This document shows, piece by piece, positions 10,392-20,203 of a stretch of DNA of 64,000 bases. The notes beneath the pieces are model-generated. The model was not told the origin of the DNA. It searched no databases and saw only the letters and a list, made by a program, of their open reading frames with translations. Source of the DNA: Bacteroidales bacterium. GTDB lineage: Bacteria; Bacteroidota; Bacteroidia; Bacteroidales; Bacteroidaceae. Location: the NCBI GenBank assembly GCA_030532685.1, contig JAUNKN010000006.1, forward strand, positions 5,217 to 69,216. Direction: 5' to 3'. How positions within the stretch are numbered: position 1 is the stretch's first letter; each line of letters opens with the position of its first letter. The position numbers were made by a program, and so were the translations under genes.

Positions 10392-11795
10392 ATGGAGCAC
10401 GAACTCCCCACTTCTCCTTCTACCGACGAGACTCTCTTTGCAGCCCCCACTGCAAAGAGCGAGGAGTCGTCATCGACCGCAACGACACGGCAACCAGCAG
10501 AAGAAGAAAACCCTTCTTCTGCTCCGCTTGATGAAGAGACCTTGTCCGTGCTTGCAGCCAAGAAGCGCCCACGCAAGAGACGGTGGTTGGGAAAAGCTCT
10601 CCTATTGCTCCTCTTGTCTCCTTGGTATCTACTTAAAGGCTTATGGTGGCTGATTCGCAAAATAGGGCAAGGGATTCGATGGATATCGTTATGGGCCTTA
10701 CGGCTCAGCGGTTTCGGACGAATAGACCGCTATATCCTGGGAAAATTTCTCAGCACCTACTTATTCTTGATAGCCATCATCATAACCATCGCTATCATTT
10801 TCGACTTCAACGAAAAGATTGACAAGCTCAGCAAAGCACCTTGGCGGGAAGTTCTCTTGGACTATTATGCCAACTTTGTGCCTTACTTTGCCAATATGTT
10901 CTCTCCTTTGTTCGTGTTCATCGGAGTGATTTTCTTTACGACCAAACTGGCAAGCAACTCGGAGATTATTGCCATGAAAGCGGCAGGTATGAGTTTTCGA
11001 CGTCTGCTACGCCCCTATATGTTTGGTGCCTTTCTCATCTCCATAGCTTCGTTCTTTTTGGGAGCGTATGTGATACCACAAGGCAATGTTGCACGCGTGA
11101 ATTTCGAAAATCTCTATACCAAAAAGATACAGGTGATTGATGTATCGGAGAATATACAGATGCAGGTCGATACGGGCGTAGTGGCTTTCATTTCTCACTT
11201 TGACAATCGCACGAAGAGTGGTTCGGGCTTTTCTCTCGACAAGTTTGAGGAAAAGAAAGTCGTTTCTCGACTCACAGCCGAAACTATTCAATACGACACA
11301 CTTGCCGACCATAAATACTCTTGGACCTTGCATCGCTACATGATACGCACGCTCAACGGCAATCGCGAGAAGATAAAAACGGGAGAAAAGCTCGATACGA
11401 CGATTATCATGGAGCCCAAAGATTTTTTCTACATCAAAGGGGCGCAAGAGACAATGACCGTTCCTGAACTCTCTACTTTTATCGATCGTCAGCGGCTGCG
11501 TGGTGCCGCAGGTCTGGCCTCTTTTGAAGTGGAATACCACAAACGATTTGCCACACCACTCGCTGCTTTCATTCTCACTCTTATCGGAGTATCTATCTCC
11601 ATCCAAAAACGAAAAGGAGGCATGGGCACCAGCATTGGTTTGGGACTTGTACTTACCTTTACCTATATCCTTTTCCAAACTATCGCAGCTTCTTTTGCCA
11701 CAAACGCTGGTTGGCCCGCGGGGATATCTGTTTGGATTCCCAACATTCTGTTCGCCCTCATTGCCTTTTGGTTTTACAAGCGCACCCCTCAATAA
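10392..11795 (+). CDS. LptF/LptG family LPS export permease with long N-terminal extension
   Basis: IDRYILGKFL, SEIIAMKAAGMSFRRL and WIPNILF motifs; about 105-aa acidic/basic leader. Confidence 0.9.
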   Translation: MEHELPTSPSTDETLFAAPTAKSEESSSTATTRQPAEEENPSSAPLDEETLSVLAAKKRPRKRRWLGKALLLLLLSPWYLLKGLWWLIRKIGQGIRWISLWALRLSGFGRIDRYILGKFLSTYLFLIAIIITIAIIFDFNEKIDKLSKAPWREVLLDYYANFVPYFANMFSPLFVFIGVIFFTTKLASNSEIIAMKAAGMSFRRLLRPYMFGAFLISIASFFLGAYVIPQGNVARVNFENLYTKKIQVIDVSENIQMQVDTGVVAFISHFDNRTKSGSGFSLDKFEEKKVVSRLTAETIQYDTLADHKYSWTLHRYMIRTLNGNREKIKTGEKLDTTIIMEPKDFFYIKGAQETMTVPELSTFIDRQRLRGAAGLASFEVEYHKRFATPLAAFILTLIGVSISIQKRKGGMGTSIGLGLVLTFTYILFQTIAASFATNAGWPAGISVWIPNILFALIAFWFYKRTPQ

Positions 11796-11801
11796 TTTAT
11801 T

Positions 11802-13256
11802 ATGACCCAACAATCCCAAGATAGCACCCTTTTGAGCGGTGAACTTCAAAGTCCTTCTGCCTCCACTCCACAAGAGGAAACCTGTAGTGAGACACAAGGC
11901 TCTACTCCACCACAAGAGGAAACCGTTTATTTTGAAGACCTCCCATTGAGTGACGATGTACTCGATGCTCTATGGGATATGCGTTTTGAAAAATGCACCC
12001 CTATTCAAGCCAAATGTATCCCTGAAATCCTTGCTGGGCGCGACCTCATTGGTATCGCCCAAACAGGTACGGGAAAAACAGCGGCATTCCTCCTGCCTAT
12101 GCTCACCCTCTTGCAAGATGAGCCACACGAAGAGGATGCCGTAAACTGCCTCATCATGTCGCCTACACGCGAACTGGCCCAACAAATAGACCAAGCTCTA
12201 CAAGGTTTTGCCTATTACACGAAAACACATGGTGTGGCTGTATATGGGGGAAACGATGGTATCCGCTTTGCTCAAGAGCAACGTGCTTTCTCCAAAGGTG
12301 CCGACATCATCGTAGCCACTCCTGGGCGTCTCATCTCCCACCTCCAGTTGGGAAATCTCGACCTTTCGCGCACCACGCACCTCATTTTGGACGAGGCCGA
12401 CCGTATGCTCGACATGGGCTTCTTTGACGATATCAAGACCATCATTAAAGCCTTGCCAGCAAAGCGACAAATGATTCTGTTCTCGGCAACAATGCCTCCC
12501 GAAATCGCCAAACTGGCCAAGGAGCAAATGAACAATCCTGTGGAAATCAAAATCGCAGTGTCGAAACCCGCAGAGAAAATAGACCAAAGCCTATACGTGT
12601 GTCGCGATGGGGACAAAACACCGATTTTGAAACATATCTTCTCGGAGCAGAAGCCCGAACGCGTCATCGTCTTTGTTTCGTCCAAACAGCGTGTCAAAGA
12701 ACTCAATGTCATTCTCAAGCGCAAAGGCTTCAACTGCGCAGCAATGCACTCCGACCTTGCACAGAGCGAGCGCGACGAAGTAATGTTGGGTTTCAAACAG
12801 CGCAAAATAGATTTGCTAATTGCAACTGACATCGTGAGCCGTGGTATAGACATCGATGATATTCAAATGGTCATCAACTACGATGCTCCTCGCGATCCCG
12901 AAGACTATGTGCACCGCATAGGACGTACTGCCCGTGCAGGCCGTGCAGGCCGTGCTATCACACTCATTGGAGAGAAAGATCGCTACCCCTTGTCGAAAAT
13001 CGAAAAACTTCTGGAGAAGAAACTCCCTCGCAACCCACTTCCCGAAGGTTGCAAGGAGCCCGAAGAAGAAGCTCCGCGGGAACATGGACGACGAAACGCG
13101 CGTGGAAATGCTCAAAGAACTCGTGGTCGCTCAGAAAAGGCAACAACTTCTCGCGCCCACGAGCCTCAAAAAGCCTCTGGACAAACTCGGGCACGTCGAG
13201 GCAGTCGTCGCCGAGGAGGAAAAGGTGAAGGACAAAATAAAAACACACAAGGATAA
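11802..13256 (+). CDS. DEAD-box RNA helicase
   Basis: Q motif, AQTGTGKT, PTRELA, DEAD, SAT, HRIGRTAR; basic C-terminal tail. Confidence 0.97.
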   Translation: MTQQSQDSTLLSGELQSPSASTPQEETCSETQGSTPPQEETVYFEDLPLSDDVLDALWDMRFEKCTPIQAKCIPEILAGRDLIGIAQTGTGKTAAFLLPMLTLLQDEPHEEDAVNCLIMSPTRELAQQIDQALQGFAYYTKTHGVAVYGGNDGIRFAQEQRAFSKGADIIVATPGRLISHLQLGNLDLSRTTHLILDEADRMLDMGFFDDIKTIIKALPAKRQMILFSATMPPEIAKLAKEQMNNPVEIKIAVSKPAEKIDQSLYVCRDGDKTPILKHIFSEQKPERVIVFVSSKQRVKELNVILKRKGFNCAAMHSDLAQSERDEVMLGFKQRKIDLLIATDIVSRGIDIDDIQMVINYDAPRDPEDYVHRIGRTARAGRAGRAITLIGEKDRYPLSKIEKLLEKKLPRNPLPEGCKEPEEEAPREHGRRNARGNAQRTRGRSEKATTSRAHEPQKASGQTRARRGSRRRGGKGEGQNKNTQG

Positions 13257-13262
13257 ACCACT

Positions 13263-13883
13263 ATGGAAGAAATACTTCGCTACTTCCCTAATCTTAGCGA
13301 GCAGCAATGTAAGCAGTTTGCAGCACTCGAGGCCTTGTACAAAGATTGGAATGCAAAAATCAACGTCATCTCTCGCAAAGACATCGACAACCTCTATCCC
13401 CACCACGTGCTACACTCCTTGGGGATTGCCCGTATCATTCGCTTTCGTCCAGGCACTACTGTAATGGACATCGGTACGGGAGGAGGCTTTCCTGGTATCC
13501 CACTTGCCATACTCTTTCCCGAAGTAAAATTTCATCTACTCGACTCCATCGGCAAGAAAATCAAAGTGGCGCAAGCGGTAGCCGAAGCCATAGGACTCGA
13601 AAATGTGACTTGCTCACACAAAAACGTCATGGAGGAAAAAGGGAAATACGATTTTGTCGTGAGCCGCGCCGTAATGCAAATGAGCGACCTCATCAAACTC
13701 GTGCGCAAGAATGTACACCACGAGCAGCGCAACTCTCTTCCCAATGGCATCATTTGTCTCAAAGGGGGAGATATTCAAGCAGAAATGCGTCCCTTTAAGA
13801 ACTGTTGCGAAGTTTGGACACTGAGCCAGCATTTTGAGGGTGAGTTTTTTGAAACCAAAAAGGTTGCTTACGTAACGCTCTAA
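13263..13883 (+). CDS. rsmG: 16S rRNA m7G527 methyltransferase
   Basis: WNAKINVIS, HVLHSL, DIGTGGGFPGIPL, SRA, LKGG. Confidence 0.96.
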   Translation: MEEILRYFPNLSEQQCKQFAALEALYKDWNAKINVISRKDIDNLYPHHVLHSLGIARIIRFRPGTTVMDIGTGGGFPGIPLAILFPEVKFHLLDSIGKKIKVAQAVAEAIGLENVTCSHKNVMEEKGKYDFVVSRAVMQMSDLIKLVRKNVHHEQRNSLPNGIICLKGGDIQAEMRPFKNCCEVWTLSQHFEGEFFETKKVAYVTL

Positions 13884-13894
13884 ATTCAACGCTC

Positions 13895-14542
13895 ATGCTA
13901 CATGTACAAGTCTTCACCTGCAACATGGTGGAGGAGAACACCTACATCATTCACGACACTGCAACGCGAGAGGCTGCAATTATCGACTGCGGAGCGCTGT
14001 ATCCTCACGAACAGAAAAACCTCTTAGACTACATTCAAGAGCACGAGCTTCGCATCGTTCATCTGCTCAACACTCATGGACATTTCGACCATGTCTTCGG
14101 TTTGCAATGGGCCAGCGAGACTTTTGGTGTGCGTCCCATGCTTCACCAAGCAGAAGAAACGCTCTATTTGGCTGCCGAAGAAGGATTGAAACTCTTCTTT
14201 CCTCACCCCTTTCCCCTCCCCGTTCCTCCCATCGGAAAACTCTTGCAAGAAGGCGATAGCATCCCATTGGGGGAACACAATCTAAAGGTGCTTTTCACCC
14301 CTGGACACACCCCCGGAGGAGTTTGTTTTTACGACGAACAGGCAGCAGTCCTTTTGGCAGGCGACAGTTTGTTTCAGGAAAACATAGGCCGCTGCGATCT
14401 TCCCGGAGGCAACCTCTCTACGTTACTGCAATCTTTACGTGATAAGCTTCTTCCACTTCCCGATGCAGTCGTGGTGTATCCTGGACATGGCCCTTCGACC
14501 ACGATTGGGCACGAACGCAAATACAATCCTTATCTACAATAA
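13895..14542 (+). CDS. MBL-fold metallo-hydrolase (glyoxalase II-like)
   Basis: THGHFDH, TPGHTPGG, GDSLF, PGHG. Confidence 0.93.
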   Translation: MLHVQVFTCNMVEENTYIIHDTATREAAIIDCGALYPHEQKNLLDYIQEHELRIVHLLNTHGHFDHVFGLQWASETFGVRPMLHQAEETLYLAAEEGLKLFFPHPFPLPVPPIGKLLQEGDSIPLGEHNLKVLFTPGHTPGGVCFYDEQAAVLLAGDSLFQENIGRCDLPGGNLSTLLQSLRDKLLPLPDAVVVYPGHGPSTTIGHERKYNPYLQ

Positions 14543-14544
14543 GC

Positions 14545-15825
14545 ATGAAATTTTTCCTCTTGCTCTTCTTGAGTAGCTTTGTGCTGTTTCTTCCCGCCCA
14601 GCGCAAAAAAGGAGCATCCCCAAAGGGGAACAAAATCGTGCCCAAAGCTCCTATTCCTCAGCTTTCGCCCGAGGAATACAAATTGCGCTACGAATTTGCA
14701 AAAGCCGCTGCCAGTTATCGTTCACAGCCCGCGACTAACGACTCGGAAACAGAACGAGATAGCTTAGAGGCCCTTGCTCAACAGTGCGACAGGGCTGAAA
14801 TTTTGCTGGCCAACTGTGATCGTATCGTATTCGTAGATAGTCTTGTCTTCGACAAAACGACGCTCTTTTCGCATCTACCTTTGAGTCAAGAAGCAGGCTA
14901 TGTACTGCCCACAAGTGCCTTGTTTCAAGACAAAGATTTGCCCAACACCCAACTCGGAACAGGCGCCTATATCAACCCCCTTCGTTCTGCTGCCCATTTT
15001 AGTGCAACCGTGGGGCACCAAGCCCGTCGTCTTTACAGCTCCTTCAGCAGTTCTGGCGTATGGACCGCTCCAGCTCCTCTCCCGGGCATCATTGATAGCG
15101 TTTTTGTCGAAGCCGACTTCCCTTTCTTGCTTACCGATGGTATCACCCTCTATTTTGCGGCCAAAGGTCGCGAAAGTATTGGAGGCTATGACCTCTTTGC
15201 CACACGCTATAATCCAAGTCAACATCGCTACGTACATCCCACCAACGTGGGAATGCCTTTCAACTCGCCCGACAACGACTACCTGATGGCCATCGATGCC
15301 CATCAAGGTTTGGGGTATCTTCTCACCGATCGCCGACAGCCCGAAGGCAAAGTGTGCCTGTACACATTTTTACCCAAAGACGAACACCGACAACTTTCTG
15401 ACACCACAAGTAGAAGCACACGAATTGCACAGGCACAAATAGCCAGCATAGCCCACACGCAATGGGGAGAAGAAAGCGAACTGGAGGCCTATAGAGCACG
15501 TCGTATCGTGGAGCACTCAGAGGCTCCTCCCCTACCCCAACATTTTCGCTTCATCGTTTGCGACGACAAAATATATCACCGCTTGCAAGACTTCCAATCT
15601 TCCGAAGCGCGCGCACAAGCCGAAAAATGGATAGGACTGCAAAAGCAATTGCAAAAAATCCAACTACAGCACGCCACACTTCAAGCCAGCTACGCTCGCA
15701 CTCGACAGCAAGAGCAGAGCAATCGCTTGAGACAATACGAACAACAAATTCATCAACTTACCACACAACTTCGTTTTCTCTCTCAACGCATCCGCAAAGC
15801 AGAACTCGAAGTCATCACACCTTAA
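14545..15825 (+). CDS. Exported hypothetical protein with PD40-like propeller segments and C-terminal coiled coil
   Basis: Signal peptide; DGITLYFA...IGGYDLF...NVGMPFNSPDNDY segments; Q-rich helical C-terminus. Confidence 0.65.
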   Translation: MKFFLLLFLSSFVLFLPAQRKKGASPKGNKIVPKAPIPQLSPEEYKLRYEFAKAAASYRSQPATNDSETERDSLEALAQQCDRAEILLANCDRIVFVDSLVFDKTTLFSHLPLSQEAGYVLPTSALFQDKDLPNTQLGTGAYINPLRSAAHFSATVGHQARRLYSSFSSSGVWTAPAPLPGIIDSVFVEADFPFLLTDGITLYFAAKGRESIGGYDLFATRYNPSQHRYVHPTNVGMPFNSPDNDYLMAIDAHQGLGYLLTDRRQPEGKVCLYTFLPKDEHRQLSDTTSRSTRIAQAQIASIAHTQWGEESELEAYRARRIVEHSEAPPLPQHFRFIVCDDKIYHRLQDFQSSEARAQAEKWIGLQKQLQKIQLQHATLQASYARTRQQEQSNRLRQYEQQIHQLTTQLRFLSQRIRKAELEVITP

Positions 15826-15836
15826 TCTCTATCGTT

Positions 15837-16718
15837 ATGAACAACCGTCAAATCTTAGAGTCCGAACTTATCATCAATGCCGACGGCACCATCTTTCACC
15901 TACACCTACTTCCCGAACAAGTAGCCGACAAAGTGATACTCGTAGGCGACCCTGGACGTGTAGCTACCGTAGCAGCCCACTTTGAGGAACGCGAATGCGA
16001 AGTCGAAAGTCGTGAGTTTCGCACCATTACCGGCACTTATAAGGGGAAGCGCATCACCGTTATTTCCACGGGAATCGGTTGCGACAATATAGATATTGTG
16101 GTCAATGAACTAGATGCTTTGGCCAACATCGATTTTGCCACTCGCAAGGAGAACGCTCAGTTTCGACGCCTCGATCTCGTACGCTTAGGTACTTGTGGAG
16201 GTCTGCAACCCAACTGCCCCGAAGGTACATTCGTCGCCTCACAAAAAAGTTTAGGTTTCGACGGCCTACTCAATTTTTACGCGGGACGTGACGAGGCTTG
16301 CGACTTGGATTTTGAACAAACCTTTGTTCGTCACATGGGCTGGAAAGGCAATCAATGTATTGCTCACCCTTACTGCATCGACAACAATGCCGAACTTCTC
16401 GAACAAATTGCAGGAAGCGACATGGTACGCGGAGTGACCATCGCCTGCGGTGGCTTCTATGGTCCTCAAGGCCGTTGCCTACGCGTTCCGCTGGCCGACC
16501 CCACTGCCAATGAGAAAATTATGGCTTTCGAACATAAGGGATTGCGCATCACCAATTTCGAAATGGAAAGCAGTGCACTCGCAGGTCTTGCTCGTCTCAT
16601 GGGACACCGTGCAATGACTTGCTGCATGGTCGTTGCCAATCGAGTAGCAGGAAAAGCTAATCCCAACTATAAGAATTCTATCGATACGCTCATTCAAACC
16701 GTGCTCGAACGTATCTAA
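15837..16718 (+). CDS. Nucleoside (uridine) phosphorylase, PNP/UDP family
   Basis: Start reassigned to ATG 15837 (MNNRQILESELII); GDPGRV, STGIG, R.GTCG, NFEMES. Confidence 0.92.
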   Translation: MNNRQILESELIINADGTIFHLHLLPEQVADKVILVGDPGRVATVAAHFEERECEVESREFRTITGTYKGKRITVISTGIGCDNIDIVVNELDALANIDFATRKENAQFRRLDLVRLGTCGGLQPNCPEGTFVASQKSLGFDGLLNFYAGRDEACDLDFEQTFVRHMGWKGNQCIAHPYCIDNNAELLEQIAGSDMVRGVTIACGGFYGPQGRCLRVPLADPTANEKIMAFEHKGLRITNFEMESSALAGLARLMGHRAMTCCMVVANRVAGKANPNYKNSIDTLIQTVLERI

Positions 16719-16817
16719 GCACAAGGCCGTTGGGATAATCGACTAAAAGGGCAACAAGAGCTACTGGCTTTTGTCGCTCGCCGACCTCTCATTTTATCCT
16801 CCGGCAAACACAACAAT

Positions 16818-16880
16818 TTTCTACGTGGGAAGGAGACATTTCTACGTGGGAAGGAAAAAATTTTACCTCCCACGTAGGAT
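16818..16880. repeat. Family-A array A2: 3 tandem 21-bp units, third inverted
   Basis: tttctacgt-ggg-aaggagaca / tttctacgt-ggg-aaggaaaaa / attttacct-ccc-acgtaggat. Confidence 0.88.
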
Positions 16881-17024
16881 TTTACATTCATGATTCTCTC
16901 TTAAATGGGGCTAAAGGAGATAGGAGTATTCCTCCCTTCTATGCTCTTTCATACGATACCCATCGAAAAGAGAAACAGCACGACTTACGAGTCTATGGGA
17001 TAAATCCTCTCATCTTTTAATATG

Positions 17025-17062
17025 ACAATGGCGAGCCGAACAGTTGTTCGGCTCGCCATTGT
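17025..17062. terminator. 18-bp inverted repeat downstream of ompA (terminator/3' stabiliser)
   Basis: acaatggcgagccgaaca-gt-tgttcggctcgccattgt, 17 nt past the ompA stop. Confidence 0.75.
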
Positions 17063-17079
17063 TTTAGAACTATTCTGCC

Positions 17080-17799
17080 TTATTTTGCTTGGGCCTCAGC
17101 GTTGTTGATCATTTGCTGAGAAGCATAAAGGTAAACTTCTACACGACGATTCTGTGCCTTACCGGCAGCAGTGTTGTTGTCGGCCACGGGGAACTGCTCG
17201 CCCAAGCCCTTCACTTCCTTCATTTGCGCAGCAGCAGCGCCTGCTTGACGCAGATAAGCCTCAACACTTTGGGCACGTTGGTAAGAAAGAGTTTGGTTCT
17301 TGGCAGCCGACTGCTCGGGAGTGCTATTTCTCCAACCTGCGTTGTCAGTATAGCCCATGATAGCTACGTCCATATCGGGATTAGCCACGAGTACTTGGGT
17401 CGCAAACTTCTGAAGAGAGCTCTTTGCTGTGCTGGTGAGCGTAGCATTACCTGTAGCAAAAAGGATACCACTATCGAAGGTAACCTTCACATACTTCACA
17501 CCATTAGGACCTTCGAGGAGTTCTGCTTGTGCATTTTCTACAGCGGCAGCAGCGGCTTTCGCCTTGTCCATGCGGTTGCCAATGATTACGCCTGCGCCAG
17601 AACCTACAGCTGTACCTATAGCAGCGCCAATAGCTGTACCCTTACCATCCTTGCTGATGAGATAGCCTGCGAGCGCACCCAGTGCAGCGCCGCCACCACC
17701 ACCGAGCAAGCCACCTTTAAGTTTGTTGTTCCAATCGGCACATGCGCTAAACATCATTGTAGCGCAAATAGCGAAAACGAGAGTCTTGACTGCTTTCAT
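17080..17799 (-). CDS. OmpA-family lipoprotein with glycine-zipper
   Basis: Lipobox FSAC; GAAIGTAVGSGAG zipper; FDSGILF, GYTD, NQTLSYQRA, NRRVE. Confidence 0.94.
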   Translation of the reverse strand: MKAVKTLVFAICATMMFSACADWNNKLKGGLLGGGGGAALGALAGYLISKDGKGTAIGAAIGTAVGSGAGVIIGNRMDKAKAAAAAVENAQAELLEGPNGVKYVKVTFDSGILFATGNATLTSTAKSSLQKFATQVLVANPDMDVAIMGYTDNAGWRNSTPEQSAAKNQTLSYQRAQSVEAYLRQAGAAAAQMKEVKGLGEQFPVADNNTAAGKAQNRRVEVYLYASQQMINNAEAQAK

Positions 17800-17964
17800 G
17801 TTGTTGTAAAATAAAATGGAGTAAATAAATAATTCCGATAAAATACTCGCACAAAAATACGGAAACGATCGGTATAGACCAAGAGATTAAGAAAAAACTT
17901 TGTATCTTTGCACGCAAATGCCGAAAGTGTGTAATTTATACTTATCTTTCAATACCTTTGCGCA

Positions 17965-18972
17965 ATGACAACCGAGCAAAACACTCCCCTTCCTCAAGAA
18001 GAAACTCAGGAACAACCCGCAGTAGAAACTACTCCCACCGTCAAAAAGACGACAAGTGGCTGTGGATGGATTGTCGCTATCTTTGTCTTAATAGCCATCG
18101 CCGTAGGAGGCGTTGTCTACTATTTTCATGTGCAGGACAAAGAGGCCGAAGCTTATGCCATCCTCCAAAATAATGAAAACATCAAGGACTACGAAGCCTA
18201 TTTGCAGGACTACCCCAATGGCCAACATGCCCCCGAGGTGAAACAACGCTTAGAGGCGCTGAACACGATGTATGGAGAATGGGCAAGACTGCAAAACAGT
18301 CCTTACGCATCGGATTTTGAACGCTTCAAACAAGCTTACCCTCAAAGCATGCTCGTAAAAGAGTGTGAGGTGAAGATTGATTCGCTCGATTGGGTATTGG
18401 CACAGAAAATCAACACCAGTACTTCCTTTGCTCAATATATGGAGAAGCATCCTGAAGGACGCTATATCTCGGAAGCCATCACGGCTCAAAGCATGGCACA
18501 GGACACGGAGCTGAACGATGTAGAGCGCACTGAGGTGGCGCGCGTACTCGATAATTTTTACACAGCATTTGGACGCAATGACGAAGAAGATATCTGCGTG
18601 CATATTGCTCCCGTTATGACGCAATTTCTCTCCAAGCGCAACGCGACAAAAGCCGATGTGGTTGAACTCATAGGTCGTACCTATAGCGATCATATCCAAA
18701 GTTGCCGCTTTGTACTCGGCAATGATTATGCTATCACAAAGAAAGCAAAAGCAGGAGAACCGAGTAGCTATGAAGTGAGTTTCAGTGTAGACCAGCACAT
18801 CACGCGCGACAACGACGGCAAGACCTTTGGCTCTTACACGGCGAAGGCTACACTCAACTCGGCTTTCCAGCTCACTTCCTTACAAATGACCGAAGTGTCA
18901 CGTGCCAATGGAGAAGGCAAAACAACACTCCAATCGGTGGCCAAGGATGTACTCAAAGCTATTGGCCAATAA
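17965..18972 (+). CDS. Single-pass membrane protein with three Y/F-x3-YP repeats and an NTF2-like C-terminal region (hypothetical)
   Basis: TM helix GWIVAIFVLIAIAVGGVVYY; repeats YLQDYPNG, FKQAYPQS, YMEKHPEG. Confidence 0.7.
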   Translation: MTTEQNTPLPQEETQEQPAVETTPTVKKTTSGCGWIVAIFVLIAIAVGGVVYYFHVQDKEAEAYAILQNNENIKDYEAYLQDYPNGQHAPEVKQRLEALNTMYGEWARLQNSPYASDFERFKQAYPQSMLVKECEVKIDSLDWVLAQKINTSTSFAQYMEKHPEGRYISEAITAQSMAQDTELNDVERTEVARVLDNFYTAFGRNDEEDICVHIAPVMTQFLSKRNATKADVVELIGRTYSDHIQSCRFVLGNDYAITKKAKAGEPSSYEVSFSVDQHITRDNDGKTFGSYTAKATLNSAFQLTSLQMTEVSRANGEGKTTLQSVAKDVLKAIGQ

Positions 18973-19016
18973 GGCCAACTTTCCCATAGACCATAAATAC
19001 ATATAATCTCAACGCT

Positions 19017-19472
19017 ATGCTAATCATCAACAACTACGAGGAGTTTGCTTCCCACTTGGGACAAGTACTCGGCACTTCTGAGTGGCTCGAAGTTCCTCAG
19101 GAACGCATCAATCTTTTTGCCGATGCAACGCTCGACCACCAGTGGATTCACGTCGATGCCGAAAAGGCCAAGGAGGGTCCCTTTGGGCAAACCATTGTTC
19201 ACGGTTACTTGACGCTCTCCCTGCTCCCCTACTTGTGGGCAAGCATCATTCAAGTGAACAACATCAAGATGATGGTCAACTATGGTATGGACAAGATGAA
19301 GTTTGGCCAGGCCGTTCTCTCCGGGCAGAGCATTCGTCTCACAGCCTCGCTCGATAGCATTGCCAACCTCCGCGGTGTGTGCAAAGCCGACATCAAGTTT
19401 ACCATTGAGATTAAGGATCAAAAGAAGCCTGCTCTCACAGGGGTAGCGACTTTCCTCTATCACTTCAACTAA
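19017..19472 (+). CDS. MaoC family dehydratase
   Basis: FADATLDHQWIHVD, TIVHGYLTLSL, NYGMDKMKF. Confidence 0.92.
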   Translation: MLIINNYEEFASHLGQVLGTSEWLEVPQERINLFADATLDHQWIHVDAEKAKEGPFGQTIVHGYLTLSLLPYLWASIIQVNNIKMMVNYGMDKMKFGQAVLSGQSIRLTASLDSIANLRGVCKADIKFTIEIKDQKKPALTGVATFLYHFN

Positions 19473-19484
19473 CCTTTTCGGCTC

Positions 19485-20084
19485 ATGGACGCCTATCTCA
19501 CACTGAGTGGCGGGGGAGAAGCTGTCTACACGGAGAAACGCAGTAAGTTTCTCGCCTTTGCCTATCCCATAGCCCATGAGGAAGAAGCCAAGCAATACGT
19601 GGCGGCATTGAAGAAGCAATTCTACGATGCTCGCCACATTTGCTTTGCTTATATCTTGGACTACGATGGCAGCACAACACGGAGTAACGACGATGGAGAG
19701 CCATCGGGTTCGGCGGGTCGTCCCATATTAGGAGCCATACGTTCTGCGGGATTGACCTTTACTCTCGTGGCTGTGGTTCGCTATTTCGGAGGAGTGAAAC
19801 TGGGGACAGGAGGACTAGTCGTTGCTTACAAAACTGCAGCGGCCGAGGCCCTGAGCAATGCTCCCAAGGAAGAACGTTTAGTCATGGAGCAGCTCAAGAT
19901 AGAAGTTCCTTATGCCGATGCCGATGTTGCAATGCGTTTCATACGCGAAGGAGAAGGACAAATCATTCAGCGAGATTACACCGAAACGAGCAATGTATTG
20001 ACCATAGCTATTCGATGCTCTCTGCTCCCTCCTCTACGCGACCGCCTATCAAAAATACTCTCATTGCATTTCATTGAGAAGTAG
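19485..20084 (+). CDS. IMPACT/YigZ family protein
   Basis: KRSKF, NDDGEPSGSAGRPIL, VVRYFGGVKLGTGGL. Confidence 0.94.
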   Translation: MDAYLTLSGGGEAVYTEKRSKFLAFAYPIAHEEEAKQYVAALKKQFYDARHICFAYILDYDGSTTRSNDDGEPSGSAGRPILGAIRSAGLTFTLVAVVRYFGGVKLGTGGLVVAYKTAAAEALSNAPKEERLVMEQLKIEVPYADADVAMRFIREGEGQIIQRDYTETSNVLTIAIRCSLLPPLRDRLSKILSLHFIEK

Positions 20085-20108
20085 CTTCCCGAAGATAACC
20101 ACTATAAG

Positions 20109-20145
20109 AAAAGCCCTCAGAAGTTCGTATTCTGAGGGCTTTTTT
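20109..20145. terminator. Bidirectional intrinsic terminator between convergent genes
   Basis: aaaagccctcagaa/ttctgagggctttt stem with A- and T-runs. Confidence 0.8.
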
Positions 20146-20203
20146 CTTTGAGTGCTCCTACACGGCAAAAATGGGAGAACAAAAAAGGACAAGATACTTG
20201 AGC

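Noticed and set aside
11868-11924. 15-bp direct repeat ccacaagaggaaacc (42 bp apart) in the helicase 5' end
   Set aside because: Small in-frame duplication in a disordered N-terminus (PQEET twice); not regulatory or mobile.
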